Positions 38,001 through 49,749 of a stretch of 64,000 nucleotides of DNA are shown here, piece by piece. The DNA comes from Camelus dromedarius (taxonomy: Eukaryota), in NCBI RefSeq assembly GCF_036321535.1, contig NC_087437.1:103480001-103544000 (forward strand), written 5' to 3'. The position numbers were made by a program, and so were the translations under genes. How positions within the stretch are numbered: position 1 is the first letter of the stretch; each line of letters starts with the position of its first letter. The notes under the pieces were generated by a model. It had not been told where the DNA came from, ran no database searches, and saw only the letters and a program-made list of their open reading frames with translations.

Positions 38001-39931
38001 AAATTTTCATGTTTAAATTTTGCACATTATCCTTTTTATTTAATTAACTTCTATGCATGTAAATTTTATTCATATTATGTTGGTTTTAACAATTTGGCTC
38101 ACTGTAAGAAAGTTGGATCATTGTGTGTTAGGAGTTAATTTACACAGAGAATGTTTTCATTTGTAATTGAAATATCTTGTCTTTAAAATTAATTCCTAAA
38201 AAGTTGTTATGATAAATAAAATGTTTTGAAAATACTGAATTATCAAAAAATGGATCTCTGATAAACTATGAGACTGTGGTACTCTCTATGAATAATTAAC
38301 ATTTTTTTTTAAAGTTTGTAAAGAATTAAAGAATTGCCAGTAAGTTGTTTGTAAACACATGGCAGGAGCAAGGAAGAGCATAATGTATTAACTTATTTAT
38401 GTAATATTAATTAATTGTCTAAATAACAAAATAATATACAAAATAGTCTAATATGTTCAATATTATTATTGTTACTTTACAGAAGTTCATTTCCTAAAAC
38501 ACATCTAAAATAAAACACATTTTCTCATCTACCTTTTCTTATGCTGGTGCTTCACCTCACCCCCTACTGCTTTATCTCCCACATTTAAAATGAGTTTGGC
38601 CTCTGACTTGTATTTTTTCCACAAGGAATGTGGTGTTTCCAATGGACACCCCTTATTTTCACATAAAGGTCAGTGGTTCCTGGATAAAGACAGTGGCCAG
38701 TGTCCATGCAGATCTGGAGCAGAGGATCAAAAATATTACTCATGGTCACTGCTGGATTGTACCATCAATGGCTTAAGCATGTGCAGAAAAACCAAATATT
38801 GTTGGAAAATGTTTCATATTAATATTCTAGTAAAAGCATCAATATGTCATTATGAGAAAAGTGAGAACTTGGTTGGACTTCCTGATGAGGTCCACAGAGG
38901 TCCTAATATGGAAATGAATAAAGAGCAATGACAGTTAATCCAAGGCCACACCTAGTAAGAGGAAAGCGGAGTTTGTTAGGAAAGGACAAAGAGGGAGAAA
39001 GGGGAGAAGGGTAGGTGTCTGCTGACCACCATGGCATTCGGGGTAACTATCCCTTAGGCTTTGCCTCTCAGTCATTTTATGTGGATTTCTTTTTATCTAA
39101 TCTAAGTAGATTCTTTCTCCAGATTCTCTTTAGCACCCTTTTCCTTACTAAGAGCACCAGTGAAAAACTAATACGTGACTTGAATTCTTAGCAAGATGGA
39201 AGAAAGAAAAAAAAAAAACAAAAAAACATACATGGTTCTTCAGTGCTTCCAGTATGCAGTGGGACAAGGCTATTTTGAAATATCAGCTTCTTTTTGGTCA
39301 ATGCTTGGGGACAACCTGCTTTACTTTCCAGCGTGATTGGTATACCTCTCTGCTGCTACAGAGAAATAACCCCTAGATCCCTTTTCCATTTCAGTGGAGA
39401 CAACGATGCACTGAAATAGCTCTCAGGTGTCCCTGAAACTGCGACATTGCAAGGAAGTTTATATTTTAAAGCAAAGAAGTTACATGCCATTAGGTGTTAG
39501 TGTCTAATAAGTATGCAGTGCACTGAGAGACTTCCAAGAAAGATGGAGAGTTGGTACATATTTCCAAAATTGTTTGACAGACATTAAAAGTGATATAAAT
39601 CACAATAAACTAGAGATGAAAACTTTATCTACAGGAAAACTAGACAAGTTTCCATCATCATCCCACACATTCTGAAATATCAACCTGATACGATGAAATT
39701 TAGATGAAGCTGAGAGAAGATACCAGGAGCTAATACTCAATTTTCTGCCAAGTGAGGAAAGTGCAATTCTAAAACTATATACAGGAGTATTTTTTAAAAA
39801 ACACATAGTAATATTTCTTTCCCTGAAAGAGTAAAAGCTGCAGCCCTGGATAGAATATCAAGAGCATACGGAGTGAACTGTTTGGAAATCAGACTTGCAC
39901 GTAGACAGAGGTAGAATTCTTCCATTGACAG

Positions 39932-40117
39932 CAGTGTTTCTCAGAGTTTAGCGTGTGTCAGAATGATCAGGAAGCCTTCTTAAACAGCAATTCCTGGTTC
40001 TCACTCCCTGAATTTCTGATTTAGTAAGACTGGAGTGGTACCTGGAAATTTGCTTCTTTAAAGAGTTTCCATGTGCTACAATGCTGCTGGTCTGGGACTA
40101 TACTTTGAGAACTTCTG
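39932..40117. mobile_element. MER5A MITE
   Basis: TIRs cagtgtttctcaga and tttgagaacttctg, with internal 'tgaatttctgatttagtaagactggagtgg' and 'tgctgctggtctgggac'. Confidence 0.85.
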
Positions 40118-40130
40118 GTATAAATGACTT

Positions 40131-40742
40131 GGTTTTTGTGGTTGGTATTGTTATTGTTTAAAAGATTTAAATTTTAAAGCAGTTTTAGATTCATGGAAAA
40201 ATTGAGAGGAAGGTACAGATTTTTCCCATGTAGCCCCTGCCCCCACACAGGCATAGCTTCCCCCATTATCAACATCCCCCACCAGAGTGGTACATTTGTT
40301 ATAATTGATGAACATACATTGACACATCAATATCACCCCAAGTCCACAGTTTACATTAGAGTTAACCCATTCTATGGGTTTGGACAAATGTATTATAACA
40401 CATGCCCATCTTTTTGGTATCATACAGAATATTTCACTGCCATAAAAATCCTCTGTGTCTAGTATTTATCCATGGCTGGTCCCCAGCCCCTGGCAACAAC
40501 TGACCTTTTTGTTTTATTGTCTCCATACTTTCATGTTTTCCAGAATGTCATATCGTTGGAATTATGCAGTATGTAGCCTTTTCAGATTGCTTTACTTCAC
40601 TTAGTAATAATGCATTTAAAGTTCTTCCATGTCTTTTCATGGCTTCATAGCTCATTTCTTTTTAGTACCAACTAATATTCCATTGTCTGGATGTAGCACA
40701 GTTTATTTATCCATTCACCTACTGAAGGACATCTAGGTTGCT
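40131..40742 (-). mobile_element. 5'-truncated L1 (L1MC1-like 3'UTR) with 13-bp TSD
   Basis: 'gcagttttagattcatggaaaaattgagaggaaggtacag...cccccattatcaacatccccc'. Flanks are gtataaatgactt (40118-40130) and gtacaaatgactt (40743-40755). It accounts for ORFs 40151..40423 and 40193..40462. Confidence 0.9.
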
Positions 40743-43700
40743 GTACAAATGACTTTTAAAAACGTGTTTTATTTCTGTCTTCAACCTAACTTCCCAAGGA
40801 GAAAGAAAATGGTTTGAAGACAAGGAAACAAGCTTACTCTGATGGCTGTGGGATCGGGGTATGGGAGATGTGAGAACGGCACACTGAAAAAGCTACCATG
40901 CTACCAAAAAAACAAGTCTGGTATCATGTTGGGATGACTTTAGGCTGCAGTATCAGCTTGTTAGGCTAAATGATATTCTCCCAAATTCCCTTTCTAGTAT
41001 TTTTCTATAAGGTAGGCTATAAGAAATATATACATCAACACACCCATCACAAAATTTAGCCTAAATATTTCCAAATACAACCAATTTGAACAGAAGACAT
41101 TTAAACCTATTCTAAATATTCCAAATTATAAGGGAGCAATTTTACACAAAAGTAATCATAATTCTTTATCCAAAACTATGCAGTACACTTTTATACTTTC
41201 AGAGAAGTAGTCATGGCAAGGGATCAGTGAAAGGGAGAAGAAAAAAAGAAATTTAAAAAGAGTGTAATTTTCTCCTATGGTTTTTAACATAGAACAGAAG
41301 AGCATTAAGGTGGTTTGTAGAAAAAAATAGCTTTCTCTGAAAGCTAGAAAGAGGAGAACTCTTTAATAATTTCTAGGTAATAAACAGGCTGTGTTACCTG
41401 CCAATAAAGAATTGACATCGAGCAACCATGAAATGAAGTAGGAAAGACCAGAGCCCCTTACAAAGACACTGCAAGAATCCAACCTTGATCACTTGAAGTC
41501 ATTAAAGGAAACAAAACATTACCAAACAAAACAAAATGAAATGAAACGTTGCCCTAGCTTTGGATTGGAATTAAGTTTTAGTCAACTTTTAAAATATTTT
41601 TATAGAAAAAGAGGCTAATTCAAAAGAAATTCAGTCATGAACTAATACAGTTTAGAAATAAATATATTTTGTAATTTGTTTTTCATTTACTAATGACTCT
41701 AAAAATTCTTACTTTATATAGAGACAAAGTGGGTAAAACTGTCTTTATAGTATTCTTCATTTTTTTTACACTTCCTTCCTCTTAAAACTTAATAAAAATT
41801 TAAAGTAACAGCTACATTTAAAAAACATATTAATTCAACAAGGTGTTACATAGCTTCTCTGAGTATCTCTAATTACATTCTTTTTTTTTTCTTTTTTTGT
41901 CAGAAGTTTCCCTCCTCCTTTGTTTTCCAAGGTCATTGTATATCAGTAATTTGCTTAGATTCACTGAGAAAACTGAAGCCTTAAGTTGTGTCTGCAAACA
42001 AACTTTAAGACTAATTTTGTATTTATCCTAAAGCATACGCACACACATACACACACACACAAACTCACATATGCAGATTTATTTATCTAAATGGTGTGAA
42101 GTGACTTTTGTGGATCATTACTTAAATGATCACATCAGACTGGAATTTATAGCAGAATTGAGGTAGAAGGATTTTAGGTAGGTTAACAAAAACAAAAACA
42201 AAAAACTAGAAGTATATTGACGTTTAAGACGGAGTCCAAGTGTAATAGGATGAATCTAAGGTAAATACCAAGACTGATTCTGATTCTTGATCCTTTTACA
42301 TTTTTAGAGGGTAAATTGTTAGACCCTTAAAGAGTTTAAAAATATAAGCATTTGCAAATATAAGATAACCACTGGTGACATATATATATACAGATATATA
42401 CTTCATTTAGGTAATCTTGAAGAACTGCTTAATGTTTGACAAAATTCTATCATTTGGGCAATGGTTTCTGAGACACTGCAAGAACAAGAACAAACAAAGA
42501 GATCACACCCATCATCTGCCCAGAGCATCCCTAACAAACGAAGATACAGCAATTATGGGAGTGGTGTTTGGTTACACATTTGTAACAACCTGGTGACAGT
42601 TTTTAAATTCTTGTCCATCACCACACTAGAATAATTTCTCTCAGGCTGGTGGCGGGGGGTGGTTATACAAGAATGATTTCTAGAAAAGAGGAAGAAATGG
42701 CAAATTATTTCAATGTATATTTTTCCCTTAATAGTTTTAGTCAACTGAAAGCCGAATGATTTATGGTCCTTCATATTCTCATTTGTGCCTCTTCTCAAAT
42801 TTTACCTAAGCTCTGTGTGATTCTCTGACAGTTTAAATTGCATTGAGAACAAAGCCTATTTAAAATAAAATCATATTATGACTGATTTGACAGAAGAATG
42901 TGAATGTGACAGGGACATCAATAGAAACTGGTGGCTTTACTGAGAAAAGTCTCTCATTCTCAATAACCCAAGACATGAAAACAACCTCCTTTGATCAAAA
43001 CTTTGTCTGAATTGTAAGTGTACTACTCATGTTCACGCCTTCACAAGCACTGGGTAAGCTCTTCAGTATGGTTATAATTACCTATCTTTTTCTGCAATAG
43101 GAATTGAAATGGAAAAATGCTGTTAACCATGGCACCCCATATGTTGTAATAGTAGGTATGTATTTGGTTGATGAGGTAGTTGATTGTAATCAAGTTGGCA
43201 TTACTGAATAAAAGTCTCCTGAACAAAAAAATCCAAATGCTCTGCTATATAAGCAAAAGAGTTCATTATATTGTTCATTCTTGAGGAAACAGGGCATCCT
43301 GCTGACATCTGTACTGAAATAATGTTTGCTGTCCCAATTTATGAGTAATCCTAGGTAGGAGGAGGATTCCAAACCCTAACTGATATTCAAAATAAATTCG
43401 AATATAGTAAGGATGCCCTTACCATCTCCATTGTACCACTGAACTAGAGCCCAAGCACTGAAATATGTGGTAACAGTCATTTCAGAATAGAGGTGTGTCT
43501 TAAAGAAAATGTAAAATTATCTGGTAAATACACAAACACAAACACCCACCAACCCTCACAAAAAATGTGCATTAATCTAGGCACACACCTGAGTTGGAAG
43601 AGTAGTGTGTATGTCATAGTAAGTGCTTTTCATTTAAAGTTATGTTTTTCAGGTCTGGGAAATTAACTACAATTTAGCACACATCTTATGGGAAAATGTA

Positions 43701-44139
43701 TGAAATACAAAAACAACCCACTTACATCATGTTTTCTTTTCTTTCATTTTCTTTTCTTTTTGAACAGAACCTGTATATATTTTGGAGATGACCAACATTC
43801 AATTAGGCAACCAAACTCCAGCAACGATGTGATGTGTGAAAGTGTCCATGCCCCTACGTGTTCTATGAACACTTTCAAGAGGTGTCTGGCACCACTGATA
43901 CCTTTGATGGACACGTTCGACAGGTGTGCATTTAAAGCCCACTGTGAATCATTCACTCTTCTAGGTATTGTGCTTAATGAGTTATATGCATATGATCCTT
44001 TCCTTCAAATCTCTGTCTAATAATAGGGTTAGGAGTATGAAAAAAAAAAAGAGCCATGATAAACCTCAGCATGTGAGTCAAAGAATACATTCCTGGTCCC
44101 TCTGAGAATGCATGTCAACACAAGTGGTTTTAAGGAAGA

Positions 44140-44300
44140 AATCTGTTTAAGTTGTCCTGGGTTAAAAAGAAGAGATCTCTGCTTCTTTCCCACCCTGTGA
44201 CCTTGTAAGTATTTTAAGCTTGATTTTCTCCTCTATAAAACTGAGATAAGAATTTTCTGTACTTTTTGTCTATATCACAGGCTTGCTGTATATATTAAGA
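44140..44300 (+). mobile_element. MIR fragment
   Basis: 'ctgtgaccttgtaagt...ttttctcctctataaaactgagataa'. Confidence 0.6.
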
Positions 44301-47194
44301 ATTTTTATTAGTTGCTGCTAGTCACAGTTGAGTTGTATGAAGGCCAAGAGTACTTCTAGTAGTAGAAGTATGACTAATATTACCATGGGGAAGTTGTATT
44401 TTAAACACCACGAAGTTTTTTAACACCTAATCCTCTCTTTAATCCATCTTAATCGGCGGACATGTCAATATAAAGGGGATGGACAAAATGGAAGAGAGAG
44501 ACTGAGAGGGGGAGACAGGGACGGACCATCAAACAGATTCAAAAGACTGAACACACCAGTTCTGGACAAATGCTGCAACAGAGGCTTGGAGAGGTTTACA
44601 GAGTTTGCCCAGGCCACCCTGTTGTTCCACCAGCCCATCTAATTGGGATATTGTCAGTAAGAATAATTTTCACTGGATTTTTATCATGCATGCAGTGTGC
44701 ATTTGAATGAATAATGATTATCTCTAAGTGGGCAGGTAGCAAAGCCAGAAATCACAGAGTGCAGCATTTATAAACCGCTCATCATGTGGGGAAAGCAGGC
44801 CCCCTGGACGATGGGAAGAATTGCATCTGACCCTGATAACTGAATGGGTTACGCACACCCAAACCTTGCTCTTTAAAACAAAATAATCAAAGTGTGCTTC
44901 AGAGGAGATAAATGACTCCCCAGAGAGGGGCAAAAGACATACTGCTCTGAGAGCTCTAAAACATTAGTTATAGGACAGGAAGATTCTTATCCCTACAAGT
45001 CTCCGAGGAGGAGAGGCACCGGGGAGCAGAGGAGACAGGCACAACATGAATTCAGGGAGCATGCTCGTCTCAGTGAGCATCTGCTGATAGGCAGTAAATC
45101 CAGCGGTAACTGTCATACGGTGTGGGGGCCTTTCTTGCAGTGAGCCTGGGGAGAGACCCTCATCCCTCCTGGCATAATTGTTCTTTGTTCCAGTTGGAAC
45201 ATAATGGGGATTTAAAAACAAGAAGAGAAGCTAAAGGCGAAGACAAATGTGATTCTACTGAAAACGAGCAGCTCTTGCTGACACGCTTATTTTCTTTTGA
45301 CGCAACTAACCCTTAGCCTTTTTATCATTTCACAATGTTGTGTAGGCTATTTTATCAATGATTTTGACATTTTTTAAAATCGTAAATCCAGATGTGTACT
45401 CTATATGCGTCCTGATACTTTCAAAGGGAGAATGGCAGAACTTTAGCAGCCACAGTGACAATAAAAAGATGCTGCTTGGGTTCCCGAAAGCTTTAGGAAC
45501 AAGGATTGCTGAGAGAAAAATGTAATTGCTTGTTCCCATCTGCATGTGTAAAAGAAGATCATAGCCATCTTAGATTTACAGGTAGATGGAGGCTATTTCT
45601 GAAGAACTAAATAAAAATACTCTTTTCTCCTCAATGTATTTATTGTGTTTTTTTCCTTACAATAAACAGAATTTTAGACTTTATATAACATTTATTAATA
45701 TTTAATATTATGAATTATATTGAATTGATTCATATTAGGTGTGATCAATTAATGTTGAAGAAATTGATAATAATGATTAATTCCTAATATAAATATTTAT
45801 ACTTATGGAAATTCCAAAGCCATCAAACTATACAATAAATCAATGAAGCTTGACACTGGATTATGGGATTTTTTTTACAACTGGGAATCTGTCTAGAATT
45901 TACTTATTGAGTGTTCTCTTGGATCTCACAGCATTATCCCAACATATACAGCATTATTACATGGTTCCCCTCTGCCGAGGACTGTTCCAAGTGCAAGCTG
46001 GTCTCGAGACACCTCTGAGGAAATACCTTTATCTCAGCTCCAGCATGACATAATTTCCCCATCTGGTAGGGGTGGTTCTAGTTTAGTGATCCAGCAATTG
46101 AAATATATGACTTCAAAAACCCTGGACTAAGTGTTACCAAGGCCAAGAAGTATTTTATCAGTGAAGATTGCATGTCTACTACTGAGATTTGCTGTCACAG
46201 TTAATTTTTCTCACTGAATAGCCACAAGAAATCATTTGAAGGTGTCATTCCCAGGCTGCACAGTATTGCACAGAACTCACAACTGACATACTTCAGGGCA
46301 CTTCCCAGAGCGTGGATACCAACGCCCATCATCGATAAACACTTGTTAACTAATCACACCCTGTCAGGTCATGTGTCTGGATAATTTGCTATGTAATTTT
46401 CTCACATTAGTCAAATTAAAACATGGAAATGCATATACTGCTCTAGCCTGTTAACTTGATGATAGGTGATATGTTAAAATTAATCATCTGCCATGTCACA
46501 TTATTCCAAACATGAATGAGATTCCCATTTGACCCAAAGATTTGCAAACATTGTACAAATATGAGTGACTGTCTAATTTATTCCATATGTGTTCATATAT
46601 ATTAAATGGAAAGCAATGTCTTTAAAATGTATACATATTTGGTTGCATATTTTTGTGCAAGGTGATGTCATGTACAAAGACAACTAGGTCCATGTGATGC
46701 AAATGTGACCTGGGGTTCTCATGGGAAATGTACTGGCAGAGAAGTAGCAGAATGGATGCTGTTGACCCAACTCTCATCATTCTACAGCCTAGGTTGTATC
46801 TGTAGTATGTGCCAAGAGGCACTAGATAACACAATTTTTTTTTTTCCTAAGAAACAAGAAATATATCAAGGAATGCCCAGGCCCAGGGATATAGGGAATG
46901 TACACAGCAAGGACCAAGTCTATATGCCGACTACAAGAAGAGCTGTGCACGGCAGGAAGAATGTTCCTCCTGGGCCATTAAGACCGATTTATGATCATAC
47001 AACTATTTATCGCCTGCATTTCTTAGTATGATCAAGAACAAAATCTTGGTTAAAAAATTTTTTTTGTTTGAGTACTGATTTACCTCTAGTATATTACAAA
47101 GGAGTTTTATACTGTCCTTGAGTTCGGTATTAGTTTGACTATATAGGAATAGGGTTCTTTCCATCTTTTCTTTATTTTTTTTTTGAGGTTCAGG

Positions 47195-48245
47195 TCATCT
47201 GTTATGTGTCAGGCCATTTTGCAAGGTATTGGGGACAGAAAACAAATAAAACTGAGTTCTCAATTTGAAGAATTTTAGAATAATGTAGCACTCAGTCTGT
47301 AAGAATATAAGCACTACAAATTACATAAGGAATATAGACATTAATTATGCAAATAAATATAACACGTTACTATAGTAGTGATGTCTATAGGATGCAGTTT
47401 ATAACAGAGAGTGATGGACTCCTTGAGGGAGGAAGGGGATGTCAAGAAAGGCTTAAAAATAAAAGGCAACACTTAAAGAAAAAGTAACACATGAAAAAGT
47501 AACACACAAAAAAGTAGGCACTGATTTAGTTTATTCTGGCTGCTTCAACACAGTGTCATAGGCTGGTGGCTTATAAACAGCAGAAATTTATTTCCCAAGG
47601 TTCTGGGTACTAGGAGTCTAAGAGAGGGTGATGGCCTGATAGAGTCCTGGTCTAGACCTTCTTCTGGGTCACAGATTTCTCCTTATATCCTCACACAGTG
47701 GAATGAACTAGGGAGGTCAGTGGGGCTTCCGTGATGGGCAGTACTCTCAATCCTGAGGGCTCTGCTCCTGTGACATAATCACTTCCCATGGACCCTGCTC
47801 CCTAATACCATCACTCTGAGGATTGGGATTTTAACATATGAATTTTGGAAGGACATACATTTTCAGACGATGATGGGCACTTTACAGATGGATGCGGTTG
47901 GAGGTGGAATTTTAGGTGAAGGAGTAGTAGGAACAAAAACATGGAGTTCTGAGAGAACAGACCACGAGGGAATTTAATGCACTGCATGGAATGCCTGGGG
48001 CATCGGGTGTGCCAAGAGGCGAGGGTTAGAGGTTAGATGACTGTGTGCAGAGGAGATCCGTTAGGCCTTCCTAATTTCTTCAACTTTGAATTTTATGCCA
48101 TAGTCAGCTACTGACAGATTTAATGCAAGGAGGGACTTAACTAGGGCTGTATTTAGAAAGAACACATAGGAAAAATACAAAGAAAGGATCACAAAGAGGT
48201 GAAATTAGCACTGTGGTCACAGGCTAGGAAATGACTACAGGAGAC
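47195..48245 (-). mobile_element. Degenerate L2, interrupted by MLT1A
   Basis: 'gttatgtgtcaggcc...gtattggggacag', 'gtcaagaaaggctt' and 'ctgtatttagaaaga'. Confidence 0.6.
47522..47875 (-). mobile_element. MaLR solo LTR, MLT1A-like, with perfect 5-bp TSD
   Basis: 'ggtggcttataaacagcagaaatttatttc...taataccatcac...aacatatgaattttgg'. GGCAC occurs at 47517-47521 and 47876-47880. Confidence 0.88.
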
Positions 48246-48732
48246 CTAATGAGTTAATTTCATTTTTAACACAAATTTCTTACTTTCTACCCAGATTTTA
48301 ACCATATGTATCTTGACTTCTGTTCACAATCAATTTGAATGAATACATCCATAGAGCCAGAGTTTGGCAGTGAGAGGAAGACACAAGTAACTGAAACAAA
48401 CAAACAAACAAACAAGCAAACAAACAAAATAAATAAATATATAAATCAACGGGAAGGGCAGCATCAGGAAGAAGATATGAAAAGTGACTTGGAGTTTTTA
48501 AAAATCAGTGTGAAATTCAGTCAATGTAAATAGATTGAACCTCCAGAGAATTATGATCACATACTCTTAACTAAGAAATAGTACCAAATAAACTATGCAC
48601 ACTCACCATATTTACAACCTGCTTATCCTTTTATTGCAGCAAATATTCAAATGAAACGATTAAAATCATCACCATGGCTTGATTTCAAGAACTTATCAAA
48701 TAATGGGTTTGCCATTATTTATCTTCACAGAT

Positions 48733-48874
48733 TCTAATATGAAAAGATATATGCACCCCAACGTTCATGGCAGCACTATTTGCAATAGTCAAGACATGGA
48801 AACAACCTAAATGTCCATCAACAGGTGACTGGATAAAGAAGATACGGTATATATACATTGTGTATGTATATGTA

Positions 48875-48926
<52 letters not shown>

Positions 48927-49396
48927 ATGGAATATTACTCAGTCATAGAAAAGAATGAAATAATGCCATTTAAAGCAATGTGGATGGACCTAGAGGTTGT
49001 CATACTAAGTGAAGTAAGTCAAATAGAGAAAGACAAATACATAATATCATTTATATGTGGAATCTAAAAAAAAAGAAAAAAAATACAAATAAACTTTTAT
49101 TTACAAACCAGAAATTGACTCACAGACATAGTAAACTATGGTTACCAAGGGTGAAAAGTGGGAGAAGAAATAAATTAGGAGTTTGGGATTGGCGGATAAG
49201 GGATATTATGCATTAAATAGATAAACAAGGTCCTACTATATAATAGCACAGGGAACTACATTCAGTATCTTATAATAACCTATAATAAAAAAGAATATAT
49301 ATATATATATATACATACATATATATATACATGTATAACTGAATCACTATGCTGTACACCAGAAACCAACACAACATTGTAAATCAACTGTACTTC
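48733..49396 (+). mobile_element. 5'-truncated cetartiodactyl-type L1 (ORF2 C-terminus + 3'UTR), no poly(A)
   Basis: ORF pieces 'AALFAIVKTWKQPKCPSTGDWIKK' and 'TMEYYSVIEKNEIMPF..MWMDLE' match the L1 ORF2p C-terminus. The tail is 'gaatcactatgctgtacaccagaaaccaacacaacattgtaaatcaactgtacttc'. Confidence 0.93.
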
Positions 49397-49635
49397 CTTC
49401 AGAGGCATTGAATCTCCTCTGAAGCTATAGTTCATCTTCACAGATGGGACTTAAATATGATGGCCATTTTTGTGAAAGAATATTCCAGTAAGAAGTGTGT
49501 GTCCTTATCTGGGTGAAGGTAACTACTGTGATTTAAAGATTCAGTGTGTTTCTTAGTAAGATTTTCCTCTGAAATAGCTTCATGGTCAGCAGCACCTCGG
49601 AGATCCAGGGGCGGTGTACCTGCAGACTGATGTTC

Positions 49636-49654
49636 TGGCTCCCCCTGGAGGATA
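49636..49654 (-). promoter_or_regulatory. CTCF-like motif
   Basis: Minus strand reads TATCCTCCAGGGGGAGCCA. Confidence 0.35.
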
Positions 49655-49749
49655 TCAAAGCGTCATGGAATTCATAAAGCTAGCAAGTCAAAGCTAGTCT
49701 TCCACCAGCAATCTAAGTTTGAAAGGATGAAACAACAAAACTCAGAGAC

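Noticed and set aside
38590..38931. 113-aa ATG-initiated ORF
   Set aside because: I recognise no homology, and there is no promoter or poly(A)/TSD evidence for a gene or retrocopy.
48767..49067. ORFs with real protein similarity
   Set aside because: They are L1 ORF2p C-terminal remnants broken by a TA microsatellite, not a host gene.
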